DNA from: a bacterium
GTDB lineage: Bacteria > Cyanobacteriota > Vampirovibrionia > Gastranaerophilales > Gastranaerophilaceae
Direction: 5' to 3'
DNA length: 64,000 nt
Assembly (NCBI GenBank): GCA_017629215.1
Contig: JAGBXP010000046.1
Coordinates: forward strand, 199-64,198
The notes below the pieces were generated by a model that searched no databases, was not told the origin of the DNA, and saw nothing but the letters and a program-made list of their open reading frames with translations. A program made the translations under genes and the position numbers. Position 1 is the first letter of the stretch, and the number at the start of each line of letters is the position of its first letter. Shown piece after piece: positions 54,265-64,000 of the stretch.

Positions 54265-56916
54265 TTATACATTACCATAATAAGCATCAATGTAGATTTG
54301 TTTAATATCTGACATTAATGGATATACTGGGTTTGCACCTGTACATTGGTCGTCATAAGCCAATTCAACTAATTCATCTAAGTTACTCATGAATTCTGTT
54401 TCATCAACTCCAAAGTCCTTAATTGAATTTGGAAGATTAATAGATTTCATCAATCTATCAACTTCTGACATCAACAATGCAACTTTTTCATCATCATTAC
54501 TTCCACCCAAACCTAATTCATCTGCGATTTGACCGTATTTCATTTTCGCACATGGATATTTATATTGAGGGAATGTTGCTTGTTTCTTAGGAGCATCAGA
54601 CGCATTGAATTTTATAATTTGTCTGATTAATAAAGCATTAGCAACACCGTGAGGAACATGATACATTGCACCTAACTTGTGAGCCATTGAGTGGCAAAGA
54701 CCTAAGAAAGAGTTAGCAAATGCCATACCTGCAATTGTTGCAGCGTAGTGCATTTTTTCTCTTGCAATAGGATCATTAGCACCTTCGTGATAAGATCTTT
54801 CCAAATATTTGAATACTAACTTAATAGCTTCTAATGCATTAGAGTTTGTAAAGTTAGTAGCCATACAAGATACATAAGCTTCGATTGAGTGAACTAAAGC
54901 ATCGATACCAGAAGCTGATGTTAAACCTTTTGGCATACCATCAACAAAGTTAGGGTCGATAATAGCCATATTTGGTGTTAATGCGTAATCAGCAAGCGCA
55001 TATTTGATATGAGTTTCATCATCTGTAATAATAGAGAATGGTGTTACTTCAGAACCAGTACCTGAAGTTGTAGGGATAGCAACCATAGTAGCTTTTTTAC
55101 CCAACTCAGGGATTGAACAAATTCTTTTTCTGATATCCATAAATCTCATAGCGATATCTTCAAAGTTAATTTCTGGTTGTTCATATAGTAACCACATAAT
55201 CTTAGCAGCGTCCATTGGAGAACCACCACCAAGAGAGATGATAGTATCTGGTTGGAATGGAAGAAGAACTTCCATAGCTTGATTAATAGTGGAAAGTGTT
55301 GGATCAGGTTTAACGTCAAAGAATACTTGATATTCAATACCGATTTCGTCTAACACTTTTGTAATCTTGTCAACAGCACCTGAATTAAACAAGAAGCTAT
55401 CTGTAACGATAAACGCACGTTTTTTGCCTTGAAGTTCTCTTAATGCAAGGTCTAATGCGCCTCTCTTGAAGTAAACTTTAGGTGGAACCTTAAACCATAG
55501 CATATTTTCTCTCCTTTCAGCAACAGTTTTGTAGTTTAATAAGTTTTCAACGCCAACGTTTCCTGAAACAGCGTTTCCGCCCCAAGAACCACAACCAAGA
55601 GTTAGAGATGGCTCTAACTTAAAGTTATATAGGTCGCCGATACCGCCTTGAGAAGATGGAGAGTTGATTAAAACTCTACAGCTTGGCATTTTTTCTGAAT
55701 ATAAATCAATTCTTTCTTTAGATCTTTCATCTGTATAAAGAACTGATGTATGACCTGCACCACCTTTAGATACTAAGAAATAAGCTTTTTCAGTAGCATC
55801 TTCAAAATCAGAAGCTCTGTATAGAGTCAAGATTGGAGAAAGTTTTTCTCTTGAGAATGGATCTTCCCAATCTACTTCAGCTCTTTCTGCAAGAAGAACT
55901 TTAGCATCTACTGGAACTTCAAAACCTGAAAGTTGAGCAATTCTATAAGCTGATTGACCAACAATGTCAGGATGAGCTGTTCCACGTTTTGGATCAATAA
56001 AAGGAAGCTCAATCATTTTTTGTTGTTCTTTTTCGTTTACCAAATAAGCTCCACGGTAAGCAAATTCATTTTTAACTTGTTCATATATGCTATCAACTAC
56101 GATAACAGCTTGTTCTGAAGCACAAATCATACCATTATCAAAAGTTTTTGACATTAAGATTGAAGAAACAGCCATTTTAATATCAGCAGTTTCATCAATT
56201 ACTGCAGAAGTGTTACCAGGGCCTACACCTAAAGCAGGGTTGCCAGATGAATAAGCAGCTTTAACCATGCCTGGACCACCAGTTGCTAAAATACAATCAA
56301 TTGATTCATGGTGCATTAAAGCATTTGATAACTCAATTGAAGGAACATCAATCCATCCAATAATATCTTCTGGAGCACCAGCCTTAACTGCAGCTTCAAG
56401 AACTAACTTAGCAGCAGCGATTGTACATTTAGTAGCTCTTGGGTGTGGTGAGAAGATAATTGCGTTTCTTGTTTTCAAAGCGATTAATGATTTAAAAATC
56501 GCAGTTGAAGTTGGGTTAGTTGTAGGAATGATACCTGCAATAACCCCAAGAGGTTCTGCAACAATTCTAATACCATTAGCCTTATCTTCTTTGATAATTC
56601 CACAAGTTTTAGCATTTTTATGTTTGTTATAAATGTACTCAGAAGCGTAGTGATTCTTGATAATTTTATCTTCAAGAACACCCATTCCTGTTTCTTCTAC
56701 AGCTTGTCTTGCTAGTGGAATACGAGCTTTGTCAGCTGCTGCAGCTGCCGCTTTAAAAATAGCGTCAACTTTTTCTTGTGAATAAGTAGAGAAAATCTTT
56801 TGCGCTTTTTTAACTTTAGAAATAAGAATTTCTAATTCTTCAAGAGTTTCAACTTTTGAAGAAGCGTTAAGAGATTCCTCCAACTTTTCAACTTCTTGAT
56901 TAGTTTGTGTTGTCAT
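54265..56916 (-). CDS. adhE: Bifunctional acetaldehyde-CoA / alcohol dehydrogenase AdhE
   Basis: 883 aa. N-terminal ALDH domain ('...NGMICASEQ...') and C-terminal Fe-ADH domain ('GGGSPMDAAK', 'HSMAHKLG'). Confidence 0.95.
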   Translation of the reverse strand: MTTQTNQEVEKLEESLNASSKVETLEELEILISKVKKAQKIFSTYSQEKVDAIFKAAAAAADKARIPLARQAVEETGMGVLEDKIIKNHYASEYIYNKHKNAKTCGIIKEDKANGIRIVAEPLGVIAGIIPTTNPTSTAIFKSLIALKTRNAIIFSPHPRATKCTIAAAKLVLEAAVKAGAPEDIIGWIDVPSIELSNALMHHESIDCILATGGPGMVKAAYSSGNPALGVGPGNTSAVIDETADIKMAVSSILMSKTFDNGMICASEQAVIVVDSIYEQVKNEFAYRGAYLVNEKEQQKMIELPFIDPKRGTAHPDIVGQSAYRIAQLSGFEVPVDAKVLLAERAEVDWEDPFSREKLSPILTLYRASDFEDATEKAYFLVSKGGAGHTSVLYTDERSKERIDLYSEKMPSCRVLINSPSSQGGIGDLYNFKLEPSLTLGCGSWGGNAVSGNVGVENLLNYKTVAERRENMLWFKVPPKVYFKRGALDLALRELQGKKRAFIVTDSFLFNSGAVDKITKVLDEIGIEYQVFFDVKPDPTLSTINQAMEVLLPFQPDTIISLGGGSPMDAAKIMWLLYEQPEINFEDIAMRFMDIRKRICSIPELGKKATMVAIPTTSGTGSEVTPFSIITDDETHIKYALADYALTPNMAIIDPNFVDGMPKGLTSASGIDALVHSIEAYVSCMATNFTNSNALEAIKLVFKYLERSYHEGANDPIAREKMHYAATIAGMAFANSFLGLCHSMAHKLGAMYHVPHGVANALLIRQIIKFNASDAPKKQATFPQYKYPCAKMKYGQIADELGLGGSNDDEKVALLMSEVDRLMKSINLPNSIKDFGVDETEFMSNLDELVELAYDDQCTGANPVYPLMSDIKQIYIDAYYGNV

Positions 56917-57114
56917 AGTTGTATATCTCCTATCTTTTAGTACACGGTCTTAATATAATTACATCACAAGGAGTAAATAGAGTCAATAAAAGGTATAATG
57001 CGATTGATACATGAAAAACAGGTTTAAAATTAGCCAAAATCCAATCACTGAAAAGAATTTAGCTAGTGTAGATGAAACACTAGCTAATAAAAATTTAATA
57101 TAATCTTAATATTA

Positions 57115-58371
57115 TTAAACTCCAAAGCTAAGTCTGCTAGTATTGAAATCTAAAGTCTTGAATTTTTTGCTAACATTATTCTCATTGTTATTATTATTTT
57201 TATCTGTTTGAGATGTTTTTTCATCATTAGCTTTTGTTGAAATTTTATCAATATTATCAATATCTTCGTTTACAAAACTTGCTAATTCTTCAACACTTTC
57301 ATTAATCTTATTAATTGAACCTATAGATGTAATAAGTGGTTCTACAGTTGAGTTCCAAGATCCAATTAGATTAGTAGCATTAGATATTTTGTTATCAATA
57401 TCAGCTATTACGCCTACAAGCTCTGTTTGAACTGAAGCTATTTTTCTTAAACTTTCTAAAGTTAACCCTAAATTTGAACCCGCACCAGCAACTCTTACAC
57501 CAACTGCACTTGTATTATCTTTAGCAACATTTTCTAATTTTGTTGCAACTCCAGCTCCTACTCCTGATGTCGTAGCAACAATTGCAGCTTCAGTTGCAGC
57601 TGTTGCTGTTGGGAAATTTTTATTTCCTGCAGTTGTAATAGAAGCAGTATTATCTATAATCTCCTCGTTATTTGCAGAAGTAATTTCAGCAATTTTTTCC
57701 TGCGTATTAGATTGAACTTCAACACTATTTTCATTTAACGATTCTATTGCACTAGAAGCATTTGTTACTTCTTCAGAATGTTCAGCTAATACATCTTGAA
57801 ATTCTTCAATTGAGCTAAGAATACCTGGAATTTCTGCTGCTAATTTTTTAATATTCCAAAGTATAGTTAATTGTTGATCCCTATCTGTTGTTTTTGTTAA
57901 TTGCTCTTTCTGTTCTTCAATTTCTTTTTTCTTATCTTCAAGTTTTTCTTTTGCGTCTTCTATAGCTTCTTTCTTTTCTTCAATATTTTCTAGAGCTGTA
58001 TTAATTATTTCAATATTCATATCTATATTTTGAATAATCAAATCAACTTCTTTTTGAAAATTTTCAGTAGTACTTGTAATTTTATTATCAATATCTTTAG
58101 CGTCTTTTTTATTTTTATTAACTTCCTCTGTAGCCTCAGATTTTTCATTATTAGTTAGGAATGCTGAAAGAATTTCTTTGGCTATTTTAATTATATAATT
58201 AATAGATTTCCCATTGAGTTTTTCAGCATCGTTTGTTGAATTTTGCATTCCTACTAATGCAAATATTGAATTTTGATTTAATAAATCTTTAGAGTTAGTT
58301 GCTCCAGTAGAGCTAAAGCTTTGTAGCTGTGAACAAATATTTGCTAGTTTTTGTAAATTAATTTGTGTCAT
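57115..58371 (-). CDS. Coiled-coil protein with central Ala/Gly/Thr-rich hydrophobic segment (418 aa)
   Basis: Long E/K-rich helical stretches flank 'ATAATEAAIVATTSGVGAGVATKLENVAKDNTSAVGVRVAGAGSNLGL'. Confidence 0.55.
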   Translation of the reverse strand: MTQINLQKLANICSQLQSFSSTGATNSKDLLNQNSIFALVGMQNSTNDAEKLNGKSINYIIKIAKEILSAFLTNNEKSEATEEVNKNKKDAKDIDNKITSTTENFQKEVDLIIQNIDMNIEIINTALENIEEKKEAIEDAKEKLEDKKKEIEEQKEQLTKTTDRDQQLTILWNIKKLAAEIPGILSSIEEFQDVLAEHSEEVTNASSAIESLNENSVEVQSNTQEKIAEITSANNEEIIDNTASITTAGNKNFPTATAATEAAIVATTSGVGAGVATKLENVAKDNTSAVGVRVAGAGSNLGLTLESLRKIASVQTELVGVIADIDNKISNATNLIGSWNSTVEPLITSIGSINKINESVEELASFVNEDIDNIDKISTKANDEKTSQTDKNNNNNENNVSKKFKTLDFNTSRLSFGV

Positions 58372-58627
58372 CTTACTTAATCAGTCCCATCTTATATCTT
58401 ATATATATATAAAGTATTAAAAGTTTAAACAATTTCAATTCATTTATTTTTCGTTACAAAACTTCATAAAAAAGCTTAAAATCTATTAATGGCGATAGTT
58501 TAAACTGAAAAATACATATTATTTTAAATAAAATTGTTAACTTTTGTAACGTTTTTTTTAAAGTGTGAAATCAGCAAAAAAAAATATACTTTATAGATGT
58601 ATAAGATGTAAAAATGAGGATAAAAAA

Positions 58628-59074
58628 ATGGCAAACACAGCAGCAATGTTATCAGCATATCTAGCATGTAAAACAGAAATCAATTTGCTAACATTACAAG
58701 AAACGAGATGGACAGCTAAATACGAATCTAATGCTGCGATGTTAGCTAAACACCAAAAACAAGAAGAAAAATGGTGGGAAGCTTATGATAAATGCATGGA
58801 AGGAAAGAACGACGGCACAGAAGGTGTTACTCATAATGGTCGAACTTTTAATCCGAATGATAAGAATGCAGCTACAAATTATGCGAATTTATTAGTTTGT
58901 GAATATTGTGAACTTGACGAACGATTAATAGAATTAACAGATCTTGATACTGAGTATTCATCAATGAAGGAAGTACTAGAAGTATCACTAACTGAAAAAA
59001 GAGCTTACGCAGACAGCTTAAAAGGCGTTGTTCAAAATGGAGCTCAAGAAACAGGCATGATATCTGGAAAATAA
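58628..59074 (+). CDS. Hypothetical protein (148 aa)
   Basis: GAGGA SD 7 nt before ATG 58628; the tracked start 58565 is a GTG without an SD. Confidence 0.5.
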   Translation: MANTAAMLSAYLACKTEINLLTLQETRWTAKYESNAAMLAKHQKQEEKWWEAYDKCMEGKNDGTEGVTHNGRTFNPNDKNAATNYANLLVCEYCELDERLIELTDLDTEYSSMKEVLEVSLTEKRAYADSLKGVVQNGAQETGMISGK

Positions 59075-59091
59075 TAAGTAAAAAAGAGTCT

Positions 59092-59910
59092 CTAGTAGAC
59101 AATAGACGCATTATACATCAAAGATGCTATTGTCATTGGTCCAACTCCACCAGGTACAGGCGTTATATAAGCAACAGACTCAGAAATGTTATCAAAATCT
59201 ACATCTCCAGTAATTTGACCATTGGAATCTCTATATATTCCAACATCAATAATAACAGAATTTTTATTATCCATCTTACATCTTACAATCTTTTTACCAA
59301 CCGCAGATATAACAATATCAGCGGTTTTTATTTTTTCTTCTAAATCACGAGTAAATGAATTACAGCTAGTAACCGTAGCATTACGATTTAAAAGCATTTG
59401 TATCATTGGCTTGCCTACAATATTTGAGCGTCCAATAACTACAGCATTTGAGCCTTCTAAATTTATATTATATTCATCTAAAAGCATTATTATACCTTGA
59501 GGTGTAGCTGGATAAAAATAAGGCTTCATTCCACAAGCTAGGCGACCAACATTTTCGATTGTAAACCCATCAACATCTTTCAATGGTGATATGGCAGAAA
59601 TTACAGAATTTTTATCAATATGCTTTGGTAATGGCAATTGTACCAAAATACCTGTAACTTGAGAATCTTCATTTAATTCTTTAATTTTTCCAAGCAAAAT
59701 TTCTTGTTCTACATTATTTGGAAATGAAATTAGCGTTGATTTAATTCCTACTTGCTCAGCTGCCTTCTGTTTATTTTTTACATAAACAACGCTCGCAGGG
59801 TTTTCTCCTACAAGGATAACAACAAGATGAGGTTTATTATCCATTTTTGAAACTCTAATGGAAACTTCCTTTAAGATTTTTTCAGAAACTTTTTTACCAT
59901 CCAAAATCAT
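59092..59910 (-). CDS. folD: Bifunctional methylenetetrahydrofolate dehydrogenase/cyclohydrolase FolD
   Basis: 'LVVILVGENPASVVYVKNK', 'GILVQLPLP' and 'VVIGRSNIVGKP'. Confidence 0.94.
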   Translation of the reverse strand: MILDGKKVSEKILKEVSIRVSKMDNKPHLVVILVGENPASVVYVKNKQKAAEQVGIKSTLISFPNNVEQEILLGKIKELNEDSQVTGILVQLPLPKHIDKNSVISAISPLKDVDGFTIENVGRLACGMKPYFYPATPQGIIMLLDEYNINLEGSNAVVIGRSNIVGKPMIQMLLNRNATVTSCNSFTRDLEEKIKTADIVISAVGKKIVRCKMDNKNSVIIDVGIYRDSNGQITGDVDFDNISESVAYITPVPGGVGPMTIASLMYNASIVY

Positions 59911-60662
59911 TAATTATTCTCCTGTGGTAAATTTAATCTAAAATATAAATTTCTAACAGCTTCAACAACAAGATTAGAATCTTTGTTTAAAGAACCAGAA
60001 GAAAGACTTTCATCATAAGGAATTGAACCTAATATGTCTAAATCATAACTTTTTGCTAAAGAATAAATTTCAGTCAAATCCTGTTCTCCAGCTTTGTTCA
60101 AAACAATCCCCATCTGTCCTCCTACAGCATATTTTGCAGAATATTCATTAATTCTAGAAACTAAATTAATAGATTCGACTGTTGGATTAGCAATAACCAT
60201 AGTTAAATCAATATTTGTATCAATTAATTGGTTCAAGTATTTTAAATCAAACTCACAATCAAAAATTACAAAATCATATCTTTCAATTAATTTCAACAAT
60301 GCATCATTAATCTGCTCTGTTATTGGACATCTACAATTCTTCGAACCTGAAAGCCATGAAACTATAATATCAACATTATCCTCAATTGGTATTACTATAT
60401 CCTCAATAGCCCACTCTACATATTCCTGCTTTGTCATCTGCTCAGGAATACCTGTTCTATATTCATGCTTTCCACTTCTAATTCCATGAATAGTATTGCG
60501 AATATCTAAACCAAAAGTTCGACCAAGCTCACAAGTTAAATCATTATCAAATAACAATACTGATTTTTCTGGATACTTTTCTGTCAAAACTTTTAAAAAA
60601 GCTTTTGTAATTGTAGTCTTACCACTACCACTTTTACCTGTAATCGCTATTGTTGTCGTCAA
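59910..60662 (-). CDS. CooC-like P-loop ATPase (MinD/ParA superfamily)
   Basis: 'IAITGKSGSGKTT' P-loop and 'CRCP' CxC motif. Start set to TTG 60662 (GAGGA SD 7 nt upstream). Stop overlaps the folD start (TAATG). Confidence 0.7.
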   Translation of the reverse strand: MTTTIAITGKSGSGKTTITKAFLKVLTEKYPEKSVLLFDNDLTCELGRTFGLDIRNTIHGIRSGKHEYRTGIPEQMTKQEYVEWAIEDIVIPIEDNVDIIVSWLSGSKNCRCPITEQINDALLKLIERYDFVIFDCEFDLKYLNQLIDTNIDLTMVIANPTVESINLVSRINEYSAKYAVGGQMGIVLNKAGEQDLTEIYSLAKSYDLDILGSIPYDESLSSGSLNKDSNLVVEAVRNLYFRLNLPQENN

Positions 60663-60768
60663 TTTAAAATCCTCATATTGTATAATTTTAGCATAAAAAA
60701 TAATATTACTAGCAAATTTTATTTTTACGGGACTTAAATATAATATAAATGAAAATAAGGACTCTAAA

Positions 60769-61482
60769 ATGAACAACTCAAGCATTAATTTTAAAGCTAA
60801 CGTAAAGTTAACTCCATATACAAAAGAATTGTATAGCAAAATGTCCCCAGAATATATGGAAAGATTTTTAAATACAAAAAAAACACTAAATAACATCAAT
60901 AATAAATCAGAATTAATACTATCAAGAAAAATAACTCCTGATAGAAAAGTAATACCTATAATTATAAACCTAAATACAGGCGCAATGGTTGCAAATCTCC
61001 ATAGCGAAATGGTAAAAATCACCAAAACTACTATAGAATTGCTTGAAAAAGTTGCTAATCCTAATAATAGTTTATCTAAAATACTTTTTAGTAACGATCC
61101 CAATACAATAAAAAAATCTATTGATACAGTATTAAAAGCGACTAAAGAATTGTCAATCCACCCTCCAATTCCACAGCAAAAAATTTCTCATATAAAATTA
61201 TCTAGCGAAGATAATTTACTAATGAAAAAATACTATGACAAATTTTCTGATAAAGTAAATATATTCAAACTTTCTAATTCTCATAAATTATTTATCAAAA
61301 GTTTTGACGAAGGTTACAACTATTTTATTACAGATTTAAAAAATCAACCTATTGGTAAACATTTTGCAATTAATTATACAGCAAACGGATTTAGAATTAG
61401 TTATGATGAAAACTTAATAAGTAAAGAAGATGCTGTAAAAATATTTAAACGATACACCAAAAAAGCTATCGAACTACATTAA
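60769..61482 (+). CDS. Hypothetical protein (237 aa)
   Basis: Protein-like composition. Divergent from the CooC-like gene once that gene is trimmed. Confidence 0.5.
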   Translation: MNNSSINFKANVKLTPYTKELYSKMSPEYMERFLNTKKTLNNINNKSELILSRKITPDRKVIPIIINLNTGAMVANLHSEMVKITKTTIELLEKVANPNNSLSKILFSNDPNTIKKSIDTVLKATKELSIHPPIPQQKISHIKLSSEDNLLMKKYYDKFSDKVNIFKLSNSHKLFIKSFDEGYNYFITDLKNQPIGKHFAINYTANGFRISYDENLISKEDAVKIFKRYTKKAIELH

Positions 61483-61501
61483 ATCTTTTAAAAACAAAAA
61501 A

Positions 61502-61535
61502 AACATTGGTTGAGCTAATTGCTACAACCAATGTT
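61502..61535. terminator. Bidirectional terminator between rpoC and 60769..61482
   Basis: AACATTGGTTG-(12 nt)-CAACCAATGTT with A8 on one side and a T-rich run on the other. Confidence 0.8.
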
Positions 61536-61553
61536 TTCTTTATTATCATTTTT

Positions 61554-64000
61554 CTACTCTTGTTCTTCAAAAGTAGGTTCAACTGCTAATTCTGGAGAAC
61601 CAAACATTCCTTCAATTTCTTCTAAAATTGCAGAAGGCTTGCGAGCTTGATTTCTTTGAGCAGCTCTTCTTTGAGCTTCTCTATCACGTTCTTCACTAGC
61701 AAATGACAAGTGATGGAAACCTGTACCAGCAGGGATTAAACGACCTATAATTACGTTTTCTTTCAAACCTCTTAATAAGTCTTTCTTACCATCAACAGCT
61801 GCCTCTGTCAAAATTCTAGTAGTTTCTTGGAATGAAGCTGCTGAAATAAAGCTTTCAGTATTCAAAGATGCCTTTGTTATACCTAATAACATATATTCAC
61901 AAGTAGCTTCTTGACCTTCGTGTTCACGAACAATTTTGTTTTCATTTTCAAATGTTTGAACTTCAACCAATTCACCAGGTAATAAGTTTGTATCACCAGA
62001 ATCAACAACTCGAACTTTCTTAGTCATTTGACGAACAATAATTTCAATATGTTTATCTGCAATTTCTACACCTTGTGAACGATATACACGTTGAACTTCA
62101 TCCACTAGATATTGTTGTGCTTCCTCTGGACCACAAAGTCTAATAACATCATGTGGGTTCATTGGACCACTTGTTAAAGGTTGACCTTTTTTGATTTTTT
62201 GCTTGTTCTGAACAACTATGCTTGAATCAATAGCAAACTTGATTTCAGTTCTAGAACCTTCTTCTGTTACCAAGAATAATCTAGGCATATCGTCTTCGAT
62301 TTCAATCTCAGCAACACCATCAACTTCTGCTAAAATTGCACAGTCTTTTGGTTTTCTAGCTTCTAAAAGTTCTTCAACTCTTGGTAGACCTTGAACGATA
62401 TCGCCTGTTTTTTCTCTTTCAAATACCAAAGTTGCAAGCATATCACCACGAAGCACCAAAGCGCCTTCTTCAACTTGTAACATAGTACCTGGGCTTATTA
62501 AATAAGGACGACCGTTTCTTATCTTAACAGATTTAGCTGTAACATCTACAACCATACCTGAAACAGGAGCTAACTCTCCAGATGACGCTAATTCTGAATC
62601 AAGCTTGATAAACTCACCTTTTTTAACTGAAGGCTTGTTCTTTGTATCAACAACTGTTTCAAAATTTGAGCAATTAATCAATAATCTTCTTGATTCACTT
62701 ACATCACCTTTTATTGAAGCTACACCATCATTAATAGCTAACACTTCAGTTTTAGCAACAGGAGTTTTAGGTTCAATTACTTGACCATTTTCTACTAATA
62801 ATGCTGTCTGTAAAGAAGAATTCATCTTAGAATTACCTTCTTGTTCACGACGAACAATCAATGTTTCTAATACAACAATCTTTAATTCTCCATTAGTATC
62901 TAACTCTACTAAACCTTTTAAGTGAGATAAGTAACCTTGCATTTGAAGAACTAAGCTTGTTCTTGTTAATGTCGCACCATCTAAATTTCTAACCCTTGCA
63001 CCATCCTTGAATTGTAATTGAGTTACTGGAACAATATTAATCAATTCATCTGTTGTATTGAACTCTATAGATACTTCTTTTGGTTCAATAAACATTGGTT
63101 GAACAGGTCTTACAAGAATTTGGATAGGTCTATCTTCTAAAGATTCTTCTTCAAGTGCCGCTGTATCAATTTCTTCATCTAAATCATCAATATCTAAATC
63201 ATCAAAATCCATTTCCATTATAGTTACAATAGAAGTTTCTTTTGCTTTGATACCTTTTGCAATTACTGTACCTTCTTCTATTACAGCACCTTCTTCTATC
63301 TTCAATTCAGACATACTTGATAAAGTATGAACTTCACCTGGTCTAATTGTTACTTCATGGATAACTTCATTAAATTCCTTAAATTCAACAACACCATCAA
63401 TATGACAATAGATATCTTTTACAACTTCTGTACCAGCTGTTACAAAAGTTCCACTTTCTACCATCTTTAATGTTGCATCTTTATTTACTTGATGTACTTC
63501 TTCTGGAACAAATACGATATTACCAGGACGAGTAACGATTTGATTATCATCTACTTCAATATCAACATACCTAATTTCACCAGATGAAGCTACTGCACAT
63601 TCATCATCAACTAACTCTGCTAAAATCATGCCGTTTTCAACAGTAGTATCAATTGGAGCTTTAACAATGTATTTTTCTCCAGTTTTCTTAACTGTCCATA
63701 ACTGCTCTTTCTTAGTTTGCTCAAAAGTAGCATTCTTTGGAGTCAATGACGCAATAACAATTGTTATTTCTTTACCTTGTACAATTTTATTAATTTTATT
63801 TTTACCAGATTTAATAACTTCAATTTCTAAATCTTCAGCATAACGAACTTCTCCACCATGCTCAGAAATCATTAATGTTTCAGCTAATTTATCACCTGAT
63901 TTTACAGACTGTTCATCAGAAACTAATACTTTTGAACCTCCTGGCAAGTTATAAACATCACCACCAATAATCCAAACAATACCATTCTTATTAGCAGTTC
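61554..64000 (-). CDS. rpoC: DNA-directed RNA polymerase beta-prime, C-terminal part with long SI3-like insertion (rpoC2-like); N-terminus outside window
   Basis: 'DIVQGLPRVEELLEARKPK', 'LLGITKASLNTESFISAASFQETTRILTEAA' and 'NVIIGRLIPAGTG'. The frame is open to nt 64000. More than 500 aa of barrel-repeat insertion precede the GLPRVEELLEAR motif. Confidence 0.92.
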   Translation of the reverse strand, partial: TANKNGIVWIIGGDVYNLPGGSKVLVSDEQSVKSGDKLAETLMISEHGGEVRYAEDLEIEVIKSGKNKINKIVQGKEITIVIASLTPKNATFEQTKKEQLWTVKKTGEKYIVKAPIDTTVENGMILAELVDDECAVASSGEIRYVDIEVDDNQIVTRPGNIVFVPEEVHQVNKDATLKMVESGTFVTAGTEVVKDIYCHIDGVVEFKEFNEVIHEVTIRPGEVHTLSSMSELKIEEGAVIEEGTVIAKGIKAKETSIVTIMEMDFDDLDIDDLDEEIDTAALEEESLEDRPIQILVRPVQPMFIEPKEVSIEFNTTDELINIVPVTQLQFKDGARVRNLDGATLTRTSLVLQMQGYLSHLKGLVELDTNGELKIVVLETLIVRREQEGNSKMNSSLQTALLVENGQVIEPKTPVAKTEVLAINDGVASIKGDVSESRRLLINCSNFETVVDTKNKPSVKKGEFIKLDSELASSGELAPVSGMVVDVTAKSVKIRNGRPYLISPGTMLQVEEGALVLRGDMLATLVFEREKTGDIVQGLPRVEELLEARKPKDCAILAEVDGVAEIEIEDDMPRLFLVTEEGSRTEIKFAIDSSIVVQNKQKIKKGQPLTSGPMNPHDVIRLCGPEEAQQYLVDEVQRVYRSQGVEIADKHIEIIVRQMTKKVRVVDSGDTNLLPGELVEVQTFENENKIVREHEGQEATCEYMLLGITKASLNTESFISAASFQETTRILTEAAVDGKKDLLRGLKENVIIGRLIPAGTGFHHLSFASEERDREAQRRAAQRNQARKPSAILEEIEGMFGSPELAVEPTFEEQE

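Noticed and set aside
60663-61103. N-terminal 147-aa extension of the tracked ORF 59910..61103.
   Set aside because: The extension is a featureless hydrophobic translation that overlaps the protein-like plus-strand ORF 60769..61482. A TTG with a GAGGA SD sits right before the P-loop ('TTTIAITGKSGSGKTT'), so the gene was trimmed to 59910..60662.

Overview
AT-rich bacterial window with two parts. (A) 1 to ~22.1 kb is an accessory, mobile and defence island. It holds a Mu/TnsB-type transposase fragment with a TniB/MuB-like ATPase, several PD-(D/E)xK-type proteins, an orphan UG/Abi-class reverse transcriptase with a 0.4-kb structured leader, and a four-gene Type I R-M operon. That operon contains an embedded membrane protein and an HsdS with a ~200-aa C-terminal extension. 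The island also holds a minimal tyrosine recombinase, a RhuM-Fic/Doc protein and a class II photolyase. Degenerate junction repeats separate the genes, and the island ends at tRNA-Lys(CTT) plus a decayed partial copy. (B) ~22.1-64 kb is mostly housekeeping: clpB, a 1589-aa GH13-like protein, fliI, tRNA-Gly, TolC plus an adaptor, ppiC, a Y-family polymerase, gmk, proS, flagellin, ftsH, the rpmG-tRNA-Trp-secE-nusG-rplK-rplA cluster, adhE, folD, a CooC-like ATPase and the C-terminal part of RNA polymerase beta-prime. The beta-prime fragment carries a very long SI3-like insertion of cyanobacterial rpoC2 type. Together with flagellar genes, adhE and no photosynthesis genes, this suggests (inference only) a non-photosynthetic cyanobacterial-lineage organism such as the Melainabacteria. 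The best candidate for an undescribed system is the RT module at 4051-6436 (RT, 72-aa ORF and structured leader), which sits directly against the unusual Type I R-M operon. Secondary candidates are the integron-like mosaic of junction repeats around a 179-aa tyrosine recombinase, and a sigma28-promoter-driven small RNA downstream of fliC. All protein family calls come from reading motifs by eye; no database search was run.
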